Shown here piece after piece: positions 38,641 through 40,256 of a stretch of DNA of 40,256 nucleotides. The translations under genes were made by a program, and so were the position numbers. The stretch covers positions 1-40,256 of IMG/VR virus record IMGVR_UViG_3300031456_000013; one strand, 5' to 3'. This DNA comes from a virus. The notes beneath the pieces are model-generated. The model had not been told where the DNA came from, ran no database searches, and was given only the letters and a program-made list of their open reading frames with translations. The stretch's first letter is position 1. Each line of letters starts with the position of its first letter.

Positions 38641-39057
38641 ATGAAAGGCAAGAAATTGACAGGAACAGAGAGACAGGCTAGGGCGGAACAGGATGCAAAG
38701 GAAAGAAGTAAAATTTTTAGTGAGCTTTGTGGACATGTAAAGGCGGGGTATAGTCTGCAATGTTTCGGACCCCTTTCGGAAATAACGGTTAGAAAGTGGC
38801 TAAAAGTGTATCCTAAAGAGTTTAATGAGGAGGAACTTGCAACTGCGCTACGCTTAGGACAGTCTGGGTGGGAAGAAATAGGGCGCAAACAGTCGAATGG
38901 GACTTGCTTAGGCAACAGTAGATCGTGGTACTATAACATGGCTAATAGATATGGCTGGCGTGAAAAGGTTGACGTAACAGCAGAGCATAAAGGACAAGTA
39001 AATGTTTCAGTCGTGAGCTATGCAACGCAACAGACTCCACAAGATAGTGACGAGTAG
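38641..39057 (+). CDS. HTH protein resembling terminase small subunits (ORF track start TTG 38620)
   Basis: GGAGG 5 nt before ATG 38641. HVKAGYSLQCF...ITVRKWLKVYPKEF...GWEEIG...SRSWYYNMANRYGWREK follows the pattern of many TerS HTH proteins. It could instead be a regulator. Confidence 0.55.
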   Translation: MKGKKLTGTERQARAEQDAKERSKIFSELCGHVKAGYSLQCFGPLSEITVRKWLKVYPKEFNEEELATALRLGQSGWEEIGRKQSNGTCLGNSRSWYYNMANRYGWREKVDVTAEHKGQVNVSVVSYATQQTPQDSDE

Positions 39058-39222
39058 TGTTGACCGTAATAGTTATTATGAATACCTGTTTGCTCTAGCG
39101 ATTAAACTATTGAATTGATAAGAGCTCTGTTGTGTAAAAGCTTTAATTGTCCAGTGCAAAGGGGGGCTTGACCCAGGGGAGGCGGTGCATATACGTATCC
39201 CAAGGTCACCAGAAATTTTCCC

Positions 39223-39307
39223 AATTCCAGAGCTCTTTTTTATTTTTTCAGAGCTTTTTTTCCCTCCAAAACCAGAGCTCTTTTTCTCAATTCCAGGCTT
39301 CTTTTTT
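39223..39307. repeat. Four iteron-like units with phased T-tracts (21-24-bp period)
   Basis: AATTCCAGAGCTCTTTTTT / TCAGAGCTTTTTTT / CCAGAGCTCTTTTT / AATTCCAGGCTTCTTTTTT, with CAG starting at 39228, 39249, 39273 and 39294. An inverted core AGAGCTCTG lies at 39121-39129. Confidence 0.8.
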
Positions 39308-39715
39308 CGTCTTCCATCGCTCTTTCCTGTGTAACAGTCCCAGCGCTAAAAATAATTTTCTTTTAATACTTAAGCACTTACAACAAACAGCCATGTAACT
39401 ACTAAAGATTTTACTTGACGACACAAAAAAAGTATGGCACCCTACGGTTGGTTGGGCGGGGAGGTTGGGGGTGTTGCTCCGCAAGGCCACTCCGTGGAGG
39501 TGTACGATGCTTGCGCATTTGATTAACCGGAATAGAGTGGATCTGCGAGAGACAACATAGATTATGAGGAACCCATTATACTTAAGAGATTCATCCTGCT
39601 GTAATAAACTATTATCTTGTCATATATACATTTTTTTACCATCATTGGACTTGAACTACCAGACTAGCGCTATTTTGTGTTACTTGCGGTATATTTTAGT
39701 GTATTTGAGGGGTAT

Positions 39716-39919
39716 ATGAGTGAAAAGAGAATACATAGTGGCGTGAGATCTTTGACTAAGCAGGACATTACAGATGCCGAGTTGGTTTATACTCCCTCGA
39801 GTGAGAAGCGATATAATGAGTTGGTCGATTTGTTTTTAATCAAGATTCAGGAGAGGACGGATGAAGCGCGCAAAAGATGTGATAGTGATGATGCGGTGCG
39901 GGAAGACATTACAGTTTAG
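39716..39919 (+). CDS. Hypothetical protein (ORF opens at 39677)
   Basis: GAGGGG, 3 nt, ATG 39716. 67 aa. Confidence 0.5.
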   Translation: MSEKRIHSGVRSLTKQDITDAELVYTPSSEKRYNELVDLFLIKIQERTDEARKRCDSDDAVREDITV

Positions 39920-40121
39920 TGTCACTTGCTATGAGGACTATGAGGCTTTGGTTAGGGAGGTCTCGGGCATTTGGTTGGGATGGGTGTCGATTGGATTTGG
40001 TGCTACATTGAGAAAGAAAGATATCGCAGGGATTTTTTATATTGGGGATGGTTATGGTAAGGGCGGCGAAAGTGAAGAAGCCTGTGAAGGTTGTGAAGGT
40101 TGTAAAGATGATGAAATGTGA
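39861..40121 (+). CDS. Hypothetical protein
   Basis: AGGAGAGGA RBS before ATG 39861. Overlaps the previous ORF by 59 nt. C-terminal CEGCEGC motif. Confidence 0.5.
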   Translation: MKRAKDVIVMMRCGKTLQFSVTCYEDYEALVREVSGIWLGWVSIGFGATLRKKDIAGIFYIGDGYGKGGESEEACEGCEGCKDDEM

Positions 40122-40248
40122 GCACTGTGGGGATGAGATAGTGAGGAAGATGTGCACCCAGCGCTATTGTTACGTGTGCAATGGGGAAGTCAATCGCATA
40201 CGGAGAAGAGGGGTGCCGAGAAAGAAGAAAGGAGTTGCTGTTGCTTAG
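40108..40248 (+). CDS. Small Zn-ribbon protein with a basic tail (ORF opens at 40042)
   Basis: MMKCEHCGDEIVRKMCTQRYCYVCNGEVNRIRRRGVPRKKKGVAVA has CxxC-x11-CxxC. Runs into the terminal repeat. Confidence 0.55.
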   Translation: MMKCEHCGDEIVRKMCTQRYCYVCNGEVNRIRRRGVPRKKKGVAVA

Positions 40249-40256
40249 TGACGATG
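40130..40256. repeat. Terminal direct repeat, copy 2 (identical to 1..127)
   Basis: Same as copy 1. The repeat cuts through CDS 40108..40248, so the ends look arbitrary (assembly overlap of a circular or permuted molecule). Confidence 0.95.

Noticed and set aside
39223-39307. Possible CRISPR array
   Set aside because: The units are only ~14-19 nt with a 21-24-bp period, so there is no room for spacers. They are imperfect and T-tract-based. No cas genes are present.
39147-39398. Plus-strand ORF 39147..39398 (83 aa)
   Set aside because: It is a translation of the phased T-tract repeats (FSQFQSSFLFFQSFFSLQNQSSFSQFQASFF). It has no RBS and is low-complexity, so I treat the region as non-coding.

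Overview
The window is a complete tailed-phage replicon. Positions 1-127 recur exactly at 40130-40256, so the unique unit is 40129 nt and is circular or circularly permuted.

Gene order around the circle:
- Rightward early/accessory block (38641 through the junction to 4066): a terS-like HTH protein, small Zn-ribbon and membrane proteins, a metallophosphoesterase, an Rnl5-type RNA ligase, a DUF3310-like protein, and an atypical tRNA-Thr-like gene followed by a terminator.
- Long rightward late operon (4176-28225): collagen-like/C1q-like protein, TerL, portal, nine small coupled ORFs, scaffold, HK97-type major capsid protein, and two beta-barrel decoration-like proteins. These are followed by a T7-like series of tail and ejection proteins and a multi-gene fibre/receptor-binding locus. 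One reverse-oriented initiator-like gene (6420-7466) interrupts it between TerL and portal.
- Leftward recombination pair: ERF annealase and a PD-(D/E)XK exonuclease.
- Rightward replication block: RHH regulator, DnaB-like helicase, a SpoVG-like protein with an SSB-like C-terminal tip, two RusA-like genes, then AT-rich genes for membrane/coiled-coil proteins.
- Leftward block (38365-34434): acidic protein, RHH ORFs, XerC/D-like tyrosine recombinase, HTH protein, ParB/DGQHR-like protein, small ORFs.

Most interesting points:
- A candidate RNA-repair/tRNA counter-defence island.
- Hints of a phage-plasmid lifestyle (recombinase + ParB-like + initiator + helicase + iteron-like phased repeats).
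- A non-canonical SSB candidate.
- An active/inactive RusA pair.
- A modular receptor-binding locus with a duplicated 5' cassette and poly-Gly tracts.
- No recognisable endolysin.

All family assignments rest on motifs read by eye. No database search was possible.
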